A DNA stretch of 61,175 nt from an uncultured Bacilli bacterium. Its GTDB lineage: Bacteria; Bacillota_I; Bacilli_A; RFN20; CAG-826. Positions within the stretch are counted from its first letter, which is position 1; every line of letters begins with the position of its first letter. The notes beneath the pieces were generated by a model. It did not search any database, was not told the DNA's origin, and saw only the letters and a list, made by a program, of their open reading frames with translations. Below are positions 1 through 9,476 of the stretch, piece after piece. A program made the position numbers and the translations under genes. The stretch lies in NCBI GenBank assembly GCA_944342125.1, contig CALVMF010000001.1, positions 1 through 61,175 on the forward strand, written 5' to 3'.

Positions 1-95
1 ATAAAATCAACACCTAAAAGAGTCTCTTTGATGCGAGGTGAAATTTCGTTTAAATTGCCAATAGGAGAAGGGACTAAATATAAAGTATTAGCCAT
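1..95 (-). CDS. rsmI: 16S rRNA 2'-O-methyltransferase RsmI, N-terminal fragment (gene runs off the window start)
   Basis: Minus-strand ATG at 93-95 gives MANTLYLVPSPIGNLNEISPRIKETLLGVDF, the PIGN N-terminus typical of RsmI/tetrapyrrole-methylase proteins. It overlaps the yaaT stop by 8 nt. It is absent from the ORF track because it is open at the window edge. Confidence 0.7.
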   Translation of the reverse strand, partial: MANTLYLVPSPIGNLNEISPRIKETLLGVDF

Positions 96-948
96 TTTTC
101 TTTTCTTTATTCATTTGCTGTGGCTTTTTAAAATTATTGGTACCACTTTGTTTAATATATTTTTTAACTTCATCTAAAGGCAAAAATTCAACATTATCAA
201 CCGAGCTAATCTTCACGATTTTTGTTAATACGTTATAACTATTAACCTTATAATCTTCGCCGTTATATTTAAATTGAGTATTTATCGCTGGAAATTCTTT
301 TTTCGCTTCGGTGTAGAAGTCATCTTCAAATTTTAAGCAGCACATTAATTTTCCACAAACGCCACTTAATTTAGGGATATTGATAGTTAACATTTGATTT
401 TTAGCTTTATTTAAAGAAACGCCTTCTTGGTTTGAATACATATAAGTGCAACATAAAGGAAGTCCACAAACGCCATACCCACCAACTAGCATTGCTCTTT
501 CTCTAGCAGTGATTTGTCTTAATTCAATTCGACACTTAAGATTGCTGGCTAATTTTTTAAGAAGTTCTCTAAAATCAACACGCTCTTCACTGAAGTAAGT
601 AAAAAGTATCTTTTCTCTATCAAGCGTATATTGAATTTTGACTATTCTCATATTGAGATTTAATTCTTTAACATATTTTTCAAAGATTTTTTTAGCAGAT
701 TGAATTTCTTCTTGGTTTTGTTTAAACACTGATAAATCGTTTTTAGTAGCTTTTCTTAAAATTGGTTTAATTTCTTTGTTAAAATTCACTTGGCTCATGT
801 CCATTTTTGGCGAAATCACCTTACCAAGTTCTTGACCAACAACTGTATCAACGACAACGAAACTTCCTTCTTCAATAGTTTCATCATCTGTTTGAAAATA
901 GTAACTCTTCTTGGAGTCTATAAATTTAACACTTATACAATAACTCAT
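88..948 (-). CDS. yaaT: PSP1-domain protein YaaT/RicT
   Basis: PSP1-like core (RELLKKLASNLKCRIELRQI, CGLPLCC, CGKLMCCLKFE). I chose the start at MSYCISVKF (ATG 946-948), which abuts the holB stop at 950. The track ORF extends to 981. Confidence 0.85.
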   Translation of the reverse strand: MSYCISVKFIDSKKSYYFQTDDETIEEGSFVVVDTVVGQELGKVISPKMDMSQVNFNKEIKPILRKATKNDLSVFKQNQEEIQSAKKIFEKYVKELNLNMRIVKIQYTLDREKILFTYFSEERVDFRELLKKLASNLKCRIELRQITARERAMLVGGYGVCGLPLCCTYMYSNQEGVSLNKAKNQMLTINIPKLSGVCGKLMCCLKFEDDFYTEAKKEFPAINTQFKYNGEDYKVNSYNVLTKIVKISSVDNVEFLPLDEVKKYIKQSGTNNFKKPQQMNKEKKNG

Positions 949-949
949 A

Positions 950-1921
950 TTACTTACCAAAAATCTTATTAAATGTATCAAAAGTTAACAAATTTAAATT
1001 AAGGTTGTAATTAATTTCATTGCGTGCATTCATTAAAATTAATACTTTGTCTTCAATTGAACTTAAATTTATCAACTTGCTTAATATTTTATCATATTTC
1101 TCTAAGACAGTTTGCTCTTTATATTTGACCTTTAAGGCTTCTTTAAAGAAAAGAATTAAAATATCAAAAAACTCACGATATTCTGTTTTCTCTTTTATGG
1201 TTTTATTAACAACGTTCAGTTCGTAGGAAAGCAGTTCCGGATAGTTATTTGAAAGGTCTAAAGTATGTGTTGCAAGGTCGACTATTTTTAATAGCTTACT
1301 GTTTGTTGAATTTTCTTTAATTAGTTCTGCATCATTAAATAAAAATGATAAAATTTCCGCTTTCTCTTCATCAACTCCTAAAGAAATTGCATCAAAAATT
1401 AGAGCATCTTGAGGAAGTAAAGTGAAATGAACGGTTTGAACACGACTTAGAATTGTTGGTAATAATCTTTTATCATTTTCGGTCGTTAAAAGCGCGTAGC
1501 AATCTTCAAGGGGTTCTTCTAAAAATTTCAACAAAGCATTAGTTGCATCTAAACTTAAGTTTTCTATCAAATTAATGATATAAACTTTTTTGTTAGTTTT
1601 TTCACTAGCTGTTTTAGAAAATTCTTCTTCTAAATTACGAATCTCGTTAATTTTAATTGGTCCTTTTTTGGTATCGAAAACACGCAAATCAACATAATTT
1701 TCTTCAAAAACTCTTTTTAAAATTAATGAATCTTCAGGAGCAAAAGGAGAACTATCAGGGTCTATAATACTGGCTGCTAAAAATTTAGAAATATTTAAAA
1801 GTGGAGTGCCTTTTTCTCCAACAAGAAGATAAGCATGAAAAATTTTCTTTTGATAAAGAGCGTTCTCAAAAATTTTATAAGGTATTTTCTGATATATTTT
1901 TAGATATTCAACGTAATTCAT
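950..1921 (-). CDS. holB: DNA polymerase III delta' subunit
   Basis: AAA+-like clamp-loader features (HAYLLVGEKGTP, LLKFLEEP, ILSRVQ). Conserved tmk-holB-yaaT synteny. Confidence 0.85.
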   Translation of the reverse strand: MNYVEYLKIYQKIPYKIFENALYQKKIFHAYLLVGEKGTPLLNISKFLAASIIDPDSSPFAPEDSLILKRVFEENYVDLRVFDTKKGPIKINEIRNLEEEFSKTASEKTNKKVYIINLIENLSLDATNALLKFLEEPLEDCYALLTTENDKRLLPTILSRVQTVHFTLLPQDALIFDAISLGVDEEKAEILSFLFNDAELIKENSTNSKLLKIVDLATHTLDLSNNYPELLSYELNVVNKTIKEKTEYREFFDILILFFKEALKVKYKEQTVLEKYDKILSKLINLSSIEDKVLILMNARNEINYNLNLNLLTFDTFNKIFGK

Positions 1922-2534
1922 TTAATTTCTTTTTTAAGATTTGATATGTGTTTTCGATTACTTCGTTTAATGGTTTTGAAGCATCGATAACTATAAAGCG
2001 GTTTTTGTTGTTTGCCACTATCTTTTTAAATGTTTCGTATACTTTATCGTGAAAATTCTCGTTTTCGTTGTCTAAACGATCGGCAACCCTTTTTTTATCA
2101 CTATTAACTCTAGATAAACCTATTTCAGGTGAGACATCAAAAAACAGTGAAATATCAGGATAGGTGTTTTCGGTCGCAAAAAGATTAATATTTAAAACAT
2201 TTTCAACGCCAAGATTACGACCGCCACCTTGATAGGCTAAACTTGAATCAATAAATCTATCGCAAAGCACAATTTTTCCTTCCTTTAATGCAGGCCAGAT
2301 TTTCTCGACAAGATGTTGACGTCTACTAGCAGCATATAAAAGAGCTTCAGTTCGAGGATCAAGTGCAGTGTTGGAATTATCTAAGATAATATCGCGAATT
2401 TTTTCAGCAATAGGAGTGCCACCAGGTTCTCTGGTTAAGAGCACATCAAAATTATCTTTTAAAAGTTTTTCGTAAACTGATTTGATAACTGTGCTTTTTC
2501 CGCTTCCATCAGGACCTTCAAAAGTTATAAACAT
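1908..2534 (-). CDS. tmk: thymidylate kinase
   Basis: MFITFEGPDGSGKST P-loop, DRFIDSSLAYQG motif, length 208 aa. Confidence 0.95.
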   Translation of the reverse strand: MFITFEGPDGSGKSTVIKSVYEKLLKDNFDVLLTREPGGTPIAEKIRDIILDNSNTALDPRTEALLYAASRRQHLVEKIWPALKEGKIVLCDRFIDSSLAYQGGGRNLGVENVLNINLFATENTYPDISLFFDVSPEIGLSRVNSDKKRVADRLDNENENFHDKVYETFKKIVANNKNRFIVIDASKPLNEVIENTYQILKKKLNELR

Positions 2535-2546
2535 AAATTTATCCCC

Positions 2547-3146
2547 CTATTTAAGTTTTGTTCGACCATTTAAAGCTTTTTCTAGCGTTAACGAATCGAT
2601 ATATTCAAAAGAAGCGCCAATTGGCATACCATAAGCAAGCCTTGTAATATTAATGTTTTCATCGGCAAAAATTTTGCTTAAATATAAAGCGGTAATTTCG
2701 CCTTCTGGTGTCGCATTTGTCGCAATTATCAACTCTTTAATGCCTTCTTTTTTAATTCTATCTGCCAATTCATTAATTTTGAGAGTCTCTGGAGTAATGT
2801 TTTTACTAGGATTAATTAAACCGCCTAAAACATGAAATACACCATTAAAATTTCCTATTTTTTCAAAAGGCAAAATATCTTTAGATTGAGCAACGACTAT
2901 ACAAGTTTCGTGATTTCTTGATGAATCTTGACAAATAGAACAAACTGACTCATCAGTTAAAACACCACATATTGGACAAGGATGAATCTTTTCTTTGACA
3001 TCTTCAATGTTTTTAATTAAAAGTTTAACATCATTTTCATCCATATCTAAAAGAGCGTATGCCATACGCTCAGCGGTTTTGCTTCCAATAGAAGGGAAAA
3101 GCGAAAAGGAATCTGCTAGATTTTCAACTGGTTTTAAATCCTTCAT
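2547..3146 (-). CDS. recR: recombination protein RecR
   Basis: C4 zinc finger CPICG...CSIC, Toprim region, 199 aa. Conserved dnaX-ybaB-recR synteny. Confidence 0.95.
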   Translation of the reverse strand: MKDLKPVENLADSFSLFPSIGSKTAERMAYALLDMDENDVKLLIKNIEDVKEKIHPCPICGVLTDESVCSICQDSSRNHETCIVVAQSKDILPFEKIGNFNGVFHVLGGLINPSKNITPETLKINELADRIKKEGIKELIIATNATPEGEITALYLSKIFADENINITRLAYGMPIGASFEYIDSLTLEKALNGRTKLK

Positions 3147-3452
3147 CTAGAAAGGAAATCCTCCAGTACGATTTGCTTGTTGGAATTTGTTAGCTAATTC
3201 ATCTTCAGCTTCACTAATTTGATCTTTACAGCCGTTATAAGCGATTTTTATCATTTCGATTAAATCTTCTTTTTCTTTAAGTAATTCATCGTCAAGAATT
3301 TCAATATTAACCATTTCGAGGTTGCCTTTTAAAGTAACGCTAATTGCACCGTTAGCAGTATTAGTGAATTCTTTTTCTTCTAGAAGTTTATGTTCTTTTT
3401 CATATTGTCTTTGCAATTTTTGCATTGCTTGGACCATTTGTTGCATGTTCAT
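3147..3452 (-). CDS. ybaB: YbaB/EbfC nucleoid-associated protein
   Basis: 101 aa. MQQMVQAMQKLQ N-terminus and position between dnaX and recR. Confidence 0.9.
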   Translation of the reverse strand: MNMQQMVQAMQKLQRQYEKEHKLLEEKEFTNTANGAISVTLKGNLEMVNIEILDDELLKEKEDLIEMIKIAYNGCKDQISEAEDELANKFQQANRTGGFPF

Positions 3453-3466
3453 AAATTAAATCTCCT

Positions 3467-5152
3467 TTAAAATAGTTTTTTATCTTCAATTTCAGCTTTT
3501 TTAGGTAAGTGATTAAGCTCTTGTAAATTTCTATATTTTTTAATTAGTTCAGTAGAAACATCACGATTTAATGCGTAAACACATACTTTTCTGCCCAAAA
3601 CTTTTTTTACTAATTTACCCAAACCTTCTTGATTTGACTTAATATTAATTTTTTTAGCAGTTGAAGGATAATCACAAATTAAAATTAAATTGGAATTAGT
3701 GAGAATGTATGGTCTAGCATCTAATAGAAGTGAAGCGTAAGTCCCTTCGTTAGGGTCATTAACTAATTGATTAAAAGCCGACCATCTTTGAGTAATTAAT
3801 TTTCTCTCATCTTTATCTGAAATAATTGTTAACTTAATTAAATCATCAAGGGAAACTTCGTTATATTCTCCATCTGTAGCTAAAACACTGAATTCAGTAG
3901 ATGATGGTTTTAACTTAATTTCAACCTCTTGTTTTGTGACTGGAACAGGTTCAACTTTAGGCGTACTTTGTGAAATATATTGAGGTTTTGCGGGATTTTC
4001 TTTAGAAATCTGAGAAACTTGGTTACTTTGTTGCACAGAGCCAGTAACAACACTTGGTTGGACATTTTCGCCTTTAATATCACTTTCTAAAAGTTTTAAT
4101 AAGTAAATTTCAAATAAGAAATTAGGATCTGATGTAGTTTTGAATTCGCTTTGACACTTAAGCAAAATATCGATAAATGACAGTAGTTGAGGCTCAGAGA
4201 ATTTAAGCATAATTTCTCTAGCATCTTCTTCTTTAGAAGAAATGATTAAACTTTTATCTCTTGTTTTTAAATAAACCAAAGAATCTTTTAAAAGAGAAAG
4301 AAGCTCATTCACTAAGCGTGAAAGATCGACGCTTCTAGAAACAAAATCTTCAAAAGTTTTTAAAACACGTAATGTGTTTTTGTTTCTAATATCTTCAAGT
4401 AGGCGAATTTTTTCTTCGCTTGATACCAAGCCAAACATATTGATTACATCATCTTCTTGGATGTCGTTACCTGAATAAGAAATAACTTGATCAAGAATAG
4501 ATAGAGCATCTCTTGCTCCGCCATTTGCTAACTCAACAATCAAATTAATCGCATCGTTACTAGCCATTAGGTTTTCTTCTTTAAGCACGCGAACGATTAA
4601 CTCTTTTAAATCAGCATCTCCAATTTTCTTAAACTCATATCTTTGACATCTACTTAAGATAGTTGGTAAAAGTTTATAAGGCTCAGTAGTACACAAGATG
4701 AATACGACATAACTTGGTGGTTCTTCAAGAGTCTTTAGCAAAGCATTAAAGGCACTATTTGTCATCATATGGACTTCATCGATGATATAGACTTTATATT
4801 TTCCTTTTATAGGAGCGTATTTAACTTTTTCAATTAATTCTCTTACTTCATCAACTCCGCTATTACTGGCGGCGTCAATTTCAATAACATCAGGATGCGA
4901 TCCTTCGCTAATCGCATAACAACTCGAACAATTATTACAAATATGTCCTAATCCTTCTTCACAGTTTAAGGCTTTAGCAAAAAGTCGAGCAACGCTGGTT
5001 TTTCCTGTGCCACGAGGTCCGCTAAAAAGATATGCATGTGAAATCTTTTGCATTTTTAAAGAGTTGACCAAAGTTTGTTTTACTGCGTTTTGGCCAACAA
5101 GTTCATCGAAATTTTTACTTCTATATTTACGATATAATGCTAAATACGACAT
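3467..5152 (-). CDS. dnaX: DNA polymerase III subunit gamma/tau
   Basis: YRKYRSKNFDELVGQ, GPRGTGKTS Walker A, zinc module CNNCSSC, LLKTLEEPP, ILSRCQ. Confidence 0.95.
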   Translation of the reverse strand: MSYLALYRKYRSKNFDELVGQNAVKQTLVNSLKMQKISHAYLFSGPRGTGKTSVARLFAKALNCEEGLGHICNNCSSCYAISEGSHPDVIEIDAASNSGVDEVRELIEKVKYAPIKGKYKVYIIDEVHMMTNSAFNALLKTLEEPPSYVVFILCTTEPYKLLPTILSRCQRYEFKKIGDADLKELIVRVLKEENLMASNDAINLIVELANGGARDALSILDQVISYSGNDIQEDDVINMFGLVSSEEKIRLLEDIRNKNTLRVLKTFEDFVSRSVDLSRLVNELLSLLKDSLVYLKTRDKSLIISSKEEDAREIMLKFSEPQLLSFIDILLKCQSEFKTTSDPNFLFEIYLLKLLESDIKGENVQPSVVTGSVQQSNQVSQISKENPAKPQYISQSTPKVEPVPVTKQEVEIKLKPSSTEFSVLATDGEYNEVSLDDLIKLTIISDKDERKLITQRWSAFNQLVNDPNEGTYASLLLDARPYILTNSNLILICDYPSTAKKINIKSNQEGLGKLVKKVLGRKVCVYALNRDVSTELIKKYRNLQELNHLPKKAEIEDKKLF

Positions 5153-5290
5153 CTGAAATACCTTTAATAATTATACACGTTTATAAAGGTCTTAAAAAAG
5201 ATTATTCTTGTATTGGGAACGGCAGTTTTAAGACAAAGATTTAAAATTTAGTCATGATTTTGTATAATTCATGGGCTCGGAGGTTTATTT

Positions 5291-6376
5291 ATGGATAAAA
5301 GTATGCGCGATAGATTAATTACAAGTGAAAAAAGAATCAATGAAATTGATAATCTTTTGCTTGAACCTGAAACCACGAGCGATATGAACGCTTTTAAAAA
5401 ACTTAATAAAGAGAGAAGTCAACTTGAACCAATTGTTAATAAATTTCATGACTTTTTATATGCTGAACAAAATAAAAACGATGCTTTGTTGATGTGCAAT
5501 GACAAAGACCCTGAAATTGCAATGATGGGGAAAGAAGAACTCAAGAAAAACGAAACTCTACTTGAACAAATTGAAGAAGAATTAAAGATTTTATTACTTC
5601 CAAAAGATCCAAACGATGGGAAGGACATTATTTTTGAAATCAAAGGTGCTGTTGGTGGTGATGAAGCCAATATCTTTGCAGGCGATTTATTTAGAATGTA
5701 TATAAGATATTGCGAAACTAAGGGGTGGCACACAAAAATCCTTGATGAATCTCCAACCGGTGTTGGCGGATATTCATATGTATCTTTTGTGGTAAGTGGA
5801 GATGACGCTTATTCTCGACTTAAATTTGAAAGTGGTGTCCATAGAGTTCAAAGAGTTCCAAAGACAGAAGCGAATGGAAGAATTCATACTTCAACCGCCA
5901 CAGTTGTAGTTATGCCACAAGTTGAAACAAACGAAATCAACATTAATCCTGCTGATTTAAAGGTTGATAGATATAGATCTCAAGGAGCAGGTGGTCAAAA
6001 CGTTAATAAAACAGAATCTGCTGTTCGTATAACCCACATTCCTACTGGTATTGTTGTATCTTGTCAAACGGAAAAGTCACAAATTCAAAACCATGAAATC
6101 TGTATGCAAATGTTAGCTTCAAAACTTGCTCAATTAGAAGAAGAAAAGAAAGAGAAAACTGAAGCACAATACCGTAGCAAAATAGGAAGTGGAGACCGTA
6201 ACGAAAAAATTAGAACATATAACTATCCTCAAAATCGTGTTACCGACCATCGAATCGGCTTTACAATTCAGCAACTTGATAGAGTAATAAATGGTGATTT
6301 AGATCCAATTATTGATGCTTTAATTAACTACGATCAAGAGCAAAAAATTGCTGGAAATAAAGATGGAATTAACTAA
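5291..6376 (+). CDS. prfA: peptide chain release factor 1
   Basis: PKT (PxT) stop-recognition tripeptide and GGQ motif ([24 protein letters not shown]). GGAGG lies 8 nt upstream of the ATG. Confidence 0.95.
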   Translation: MDKSMRDRLITSEKRINEIDNLLLEPETTSDMNAFKKLNKERSQLEPIVNKFHDFLYAEQNKNDALLMCNDKDPEIAMMGKEELKKNETLLEQIEEELKILLLPKDPNDGKDIIFEIKGAVGGDEANIFAGDLFRMYIRYCETKGWHTKILDESPTGVGGYSYVSFVVSGDDAYSRLKFESGVHRVQRVPKTEANGRIHTSTATVVVMPQVETNEININPADLKVDRYRSQGAGGQNVNKTESAVRITHIPTGIVVSCQTEKSQIQNHEICMQMLASKLAQLEEEKKEKTEAQYRSKIGSGDRNEKIRTYNYPQNRVTDHRIGFTIQQLDRVINGDLDPIIDALINYDQEQKIAGNKDGIN

Positions 6377-7232
6377 TCGAGAGATATTTTTCTTAGCCAA
6401 AGAAGAGATTAAAAAACGAGATTTGGAACTTAGCGACAGCGAAATTGTTAGTCTTTTAGAACATGTAAATAATTTCAAAAATTATACTGAATTTTCATTA
6501 AATTTTGATAAAAACTGCGCAAATCCCCAATATTTTTACGATTTATTTAATAAAATAATCAACGGAGAGCCTTTACAATACGTTTTAAAATCAGCTCCAT
6601 TTCACGATTTTAATTTATATGTTGATAAAAGAGTTTTAATACCAAGAGTAGAGACCGAACAACTTTGTTTAAAAGTATTAGAAAAATTAAAGATTTTTAA
6701 TCTAAAAGTTAATACCGCCCTAGATATGTGTACTGGTTCAGGCTGCATAGCTTTATTTATAAAAAAGAATTTAAAAGATGTTAATGTTTATGCAAGCGAT
6801 ATTTCAGAAGATGCTTTAGATGTCGCTATAAAAAACGCTAAAAATAATAAACTTGCAATTAATTTTATTAAAAGTGACAAAACAGATTTTATTATTAAAG
6901 AGAATTTAAAATTTGACTTACTTGTTTCTAATCCGCCTTATGTAGAAAAGTTAGAAAATATAGAAGAAAAAGTAAGAAAATACGAACCATTAAATTCTAT
7001 TTATTCAAAAGACGGAACAGCATTTTATGAAAATGTGTTTCTAAATTATCAAAAGATTATGAATGATGAATTTTTAATGGCTTTTGAGATTAATTACGAT
7101 CAAGAAGAAAAACTTACTAATTTAATTTATAAATATTTTAAAAAAGATATAGAATTTTCTTTTGAAAAGGATTTATACGGGTTAACTAGATTCCTTTTTA
7201 TTTATCGAGGCGACAAAAAATGCAAATTTTAG
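6363..7232 (+). CDS. prmC: release-factor glutamine N5-methyltransferase PrmC/HemK
   Basis: SAM-binding DMCTGSGCIAL and NPPY catalytic motif. It follows prfA. The start is either ATG 6363 or TTG 6348 as in the ORF track. Confidence 0.85.
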   Translation: MELTNREIFFLAKEEIKKRDLELSDSEIVSLLEHVNNFKNYTEFSLNFDKNCANPQYFYDLFNKIINGEPLQYVLKSAPFHDFNLYVDKRVLIPRVETEQLCLKVLEKLKIFNLKVNTALDMCTGSGCIALFIKKNLKDVNVYASDISEDALDVAIKNAKNNKLAINFIKSDKTDFIIKENLKFDLLVSNPPYVEKLENIEEKVRKYEPLNSIYSKDGTAFYENVFLNYQKIMNDEFLMAFEINYDQEEKLTNLIYKYFKKDIEFSFEKDLYGLTRFLFIYRGDKKCKF

Positions 7233-7825
7233 AGAAAAACGATTTAAAAAAATGCGTTGATATATTAAATGCAAATGAGCTTTTGGCTTTTCCTACTGAA
7301 ACCGTTTTTGGTCTTGGAATTAAAGCGACTTCAGAAGAAAATTATCTAAAGCTTGTTAAGGCTAAGAAAAGACCAAGCGACAAACCTTTTACGCTTATGT
7401 GCTCAAAAGTAGAGGATTTTGATAAAATTTGTGAAATTAATGAACTTACGCAAAAAATTATTCAAAAATTTATGCCTGGACCAATAACTCTCATATTAAA
7501 AACCAAAAAAGATGTACCACATTTTCTTGATTTAGGCAGTGGCTATGTTGGAGTAAGAATACCAGATGATAAATTTATTTTAAAAATGATTTCGGAAGCG
7601 GGATCTCCTTTACTTGTACCAAGTGCAAATATTTCATCCTTTCCGCCAGCAAAAAATGAAAAAGAAGTAATCGCATATTTTGGGGATGAGATTAGTGGAG
7701 TTGTTAAAGGAGAGTGCTCTAATGGGGTTGCTTCCTCAATCTTTAAAATCGAAAATAGTAATATAATAGAGCTTAGAAAAGGACCAATTTCTTTAGCAGA
7801 AGTTTTGGAGGTGTGTAAAAAATGA
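7220..7825 (+). CDS. tsaC: L-threonylcarbamoyladenylate synthase (YrdC/Sua5/YwlC family)
   Basis: FPTETVFGLG, KKRPSDKPF, SANISS motifs of the YrdC domain. Conserved prfA-prmC-ywlC-rpiB order. Confidence 0.85.
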   Translation: MQILEKNDLKKCVDILNANELLAFPTETVFGLGIKATSEENYLKLVKAKKRPSDKPFTLMCSKVEDFDKICEINELTQKIIQKFMPGPITLILKTKKDVPHFLDLGSGYVGVRIPDDKFILKMISEAGSPLLVPSANISSFPPAKNEKEVIAYFGDEISGVVKGECSNGVASSIFKIENSNIIELRKGPISLAEVLEVCKK

Positions 7826-8268
7826 CGATTGTATTAGCTAGTGATCATGGAGGATTTGAAGCCAAAAACGAATTAAAAAAACACTTATTAGAAAAAGGAT
7901 ATAGTATTTTAGATGATGGAACTTTTTCTTTAGAAAGTTGCAACTACGCAGAGTATGGATTAAGAGCTGCTGAAGATGTTGCCAAAGGGAAAGCAGATTT
8001 TGGAGTTGTAATTTGTAGTAGTGGTGAAGGAATAAGTATCGCGGCTAATAAAGTAAAAGGGATAAGATGCGGAATCGGATATAACGATGATGTTGCTCAT
8101 CTTTTAAGAGAACACAATAATGCAAATATGATTGCTTTTGGTGCAAAGTTTATGACCAGCGAAGAAATTGTTAAAAGAACTGATATCTTTTTAAGCTCAT
8201 CATTTGAAGGTGGAAGACACGAAAAACGTGTTCAAACCATTGAAAACTACGAAAATAAAAAAAATTAA
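7822..8268 (+). CDS. rpiB: ribose-5-phosphate isomerase B
   Basis: ASDHGG N-terminus, CSSGEGISIAANK, 148 aa RpiB/LacAB fold. Confidence 0.9.
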   Translation: MTIVLASDHGGFEAKNELKKHLLEKGYSILDDGTFSLESCNYAEYGLRAAEDVAKGKADFGVVICSSGEGISIAANKVKGIRCGIGYNDDVAHLLREHNNANMIAFGAKFMTSEEIVKRTDIFLSSSFEGGRHEKRVQTIENYENKKN

Positions 8269-8331
8269 AAACTTTTTTACAAAATTTTTAAAAATTTAAA
8301 TAGTAATCACCTTCTAATATAGTGAAAGGAG
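8262..8331 (+). repeat. Copy A of an inverted repeated promoter/RBS-like cassette (perfect core 8290-8331)
   Basis: 8290-8331 is the exact reverse complement of 48521-48562 (42/42). Similarity with indels continues to about 8262 on this side and about 48590 on the other. Confidence 0.9.
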
Positions 8332-9476
8332 GTATTTTTATTTTTAAATGTCCGCTATGCGGTAATGAGGACGAGAAATTTATCGGATATAGAAATGGTG
8401 TTCCTTATTGTAGAAGGTGTATATCTTTTAGAGGTGAAGAAGCCTTAGACATTTATTCAAAATCAACTAATGGATTTTTATACGTACCATATAAATTGAC
8501 TGATGAACAAAATAGAGTTTCTAATCAAGTCTTGGAAAACTATAAAAATGACTTAGATACGCTAATTTATGCGGTGTGTGGAGCTGGTAAGACTGAACTA
8601 GTTTATAAGGTAATGGAATATTGCTTAGCAAAAGAGATGAATGTTGGTTTTGCAATCGCTAGAAGAGATGTTGTTATAGAATTAAGTGAAAGATTAAAGC
8701 AGGCTTTTAAAAATTATAAAGTTGTAAGCCTATATGGAGGACATACTAGCGAATTAGAAGGTGACATCATTTGTTTAACAACACATCAATTATATAGATT
8801 TGAAAAATATTTTGATTTGTTGATTATTGATGAGATTGATGCTTTTCCATTTAACGGTAATTTTGCTTTAGAAGCCTTTTTCCATAGGAGTGTTCGAGGA
8901 CATTATGTGATGATGTCAGCTACACCAAGCAAAGAAAGAATAGAAGAATTTAAAGGAAAGGGAAAAGCAATCGTAAACTTATTTAAAAGACACCATGGAA
9001 AACCGATACCAGTACCTAAATTTTTTATCGCGCCAAAATTTGTTACATATTTTTATCTTGTTTATAAAGTAAGGGAAATCATTAAAAAGAATCTTCCATT
9101 GTTGGTCTTTGCACCAACTATCGAAGAGTGTGAAAATCTCTATGTTTTTCTGAATATCTTCGCAAAAGGTGGATATTTTGTTCATTCTAAATGCAAAGAT
9201 AGATCAAAAATTATAGAAGATTTTAGAGAAAACAAATACAAATACTTGGTTACAACTGCTGTTTTAGAAAGAGGAGTTACACTAAGAAATTTACAAGTGA
9301 TAATTTTCAATGCTTCTTCTTTTATTTATACAAGTGAAGCTTTGGTTCAAATTTCTGGAAGAGTTGGACGAGTAAAAGATGCTACCGATGGGGAAGTTAT
9401 ATTCATCGCGGAAAGAAAAACTAAGTATATTACTGAAGCCAGACAAACAATTATCGACGCCAACAAAAGTTTGTAA
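8322..9476 (+). CDS. comFA: ComFA-like DEAD/DEAH-box helicase (competence protein)
   Basis: N-terminal zinc ribbon CPLCG..CRRC, Walker A CGAGKTE, DEID box, helicase C motifs (TTAVLERGVT, SGRVGR). Start codon is ambiguous (see findings). Confidence 0.85.
   Translation: MKGGIFIFKCPLCGNEDEKFIGYRNGVPYCRRCISFRGEEALDIYSKSTNGFLYVPYKLTDEQNRVSNQVLENYKNDLDTLIYAVCGAGKTELVYKVMEYCLAKEMNVGFAIARRDVVIELSERLKQAFKNYKVVSLYGGHTSELEGDIICLTTHQLYRFEKYFDLLIIDEIDAFPFNGNFALEAFFHRSVRGHYVMMSATPSKERIEEFKGKGKAIVNLFKRHHGKPIPVPKFFIAPKFVTYFYLVYKVREIIKKNLPLLVFAPTIEECENLYVFLNIFAKGGYFVHSKCKDRSKIIEDFRENKYKYLVTTAVLERGVTLRNLQVIIFNASSFIYTSEALVQISGRVGRVKDATDGEVIFIAERKTKYITEARQTIIDANKSL

Noticed and set aside
790-1226. Plus-strand ORFs 790-972 and 1020-1226. 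The same applies to other 60-95-aa antisense ORFs: 2653-2835, 5446-5733, 8979-9185, 13149-13340, 14038-14220, 14545-14748, 17992-18252, 20362-20598, 20733-21049, 22286-22543, 30317-30595, 32388-32990, 42338-42589, 43801-44037, 49561-49791 and 52936-53130.
   Set aside because: All are antisense to, or off-frame within, well-supported genes, and all lack an RBS. Antisense ORFs of this kind are expected in AT-rich DNA.
5153-5290. Expected SRP RNA (scRNA/ffs) upstream of dnaX, as in Bacillus.
   Set aside because: The 138-nt divergent spacer shows none of the conserved SRP domain IV sequence or hairpin. It is probably just the dnaX and prfA promoters.
9379-9476. The 98-nt comFA/comFC overlap as evidence of a frameshifted fusion or pseudogene.
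   Set aside because: Both reading frames are complete, with all their family motifs, and they are in different frames. The overlap more likely reflects an unidentified internal or non-canonical comFC start.
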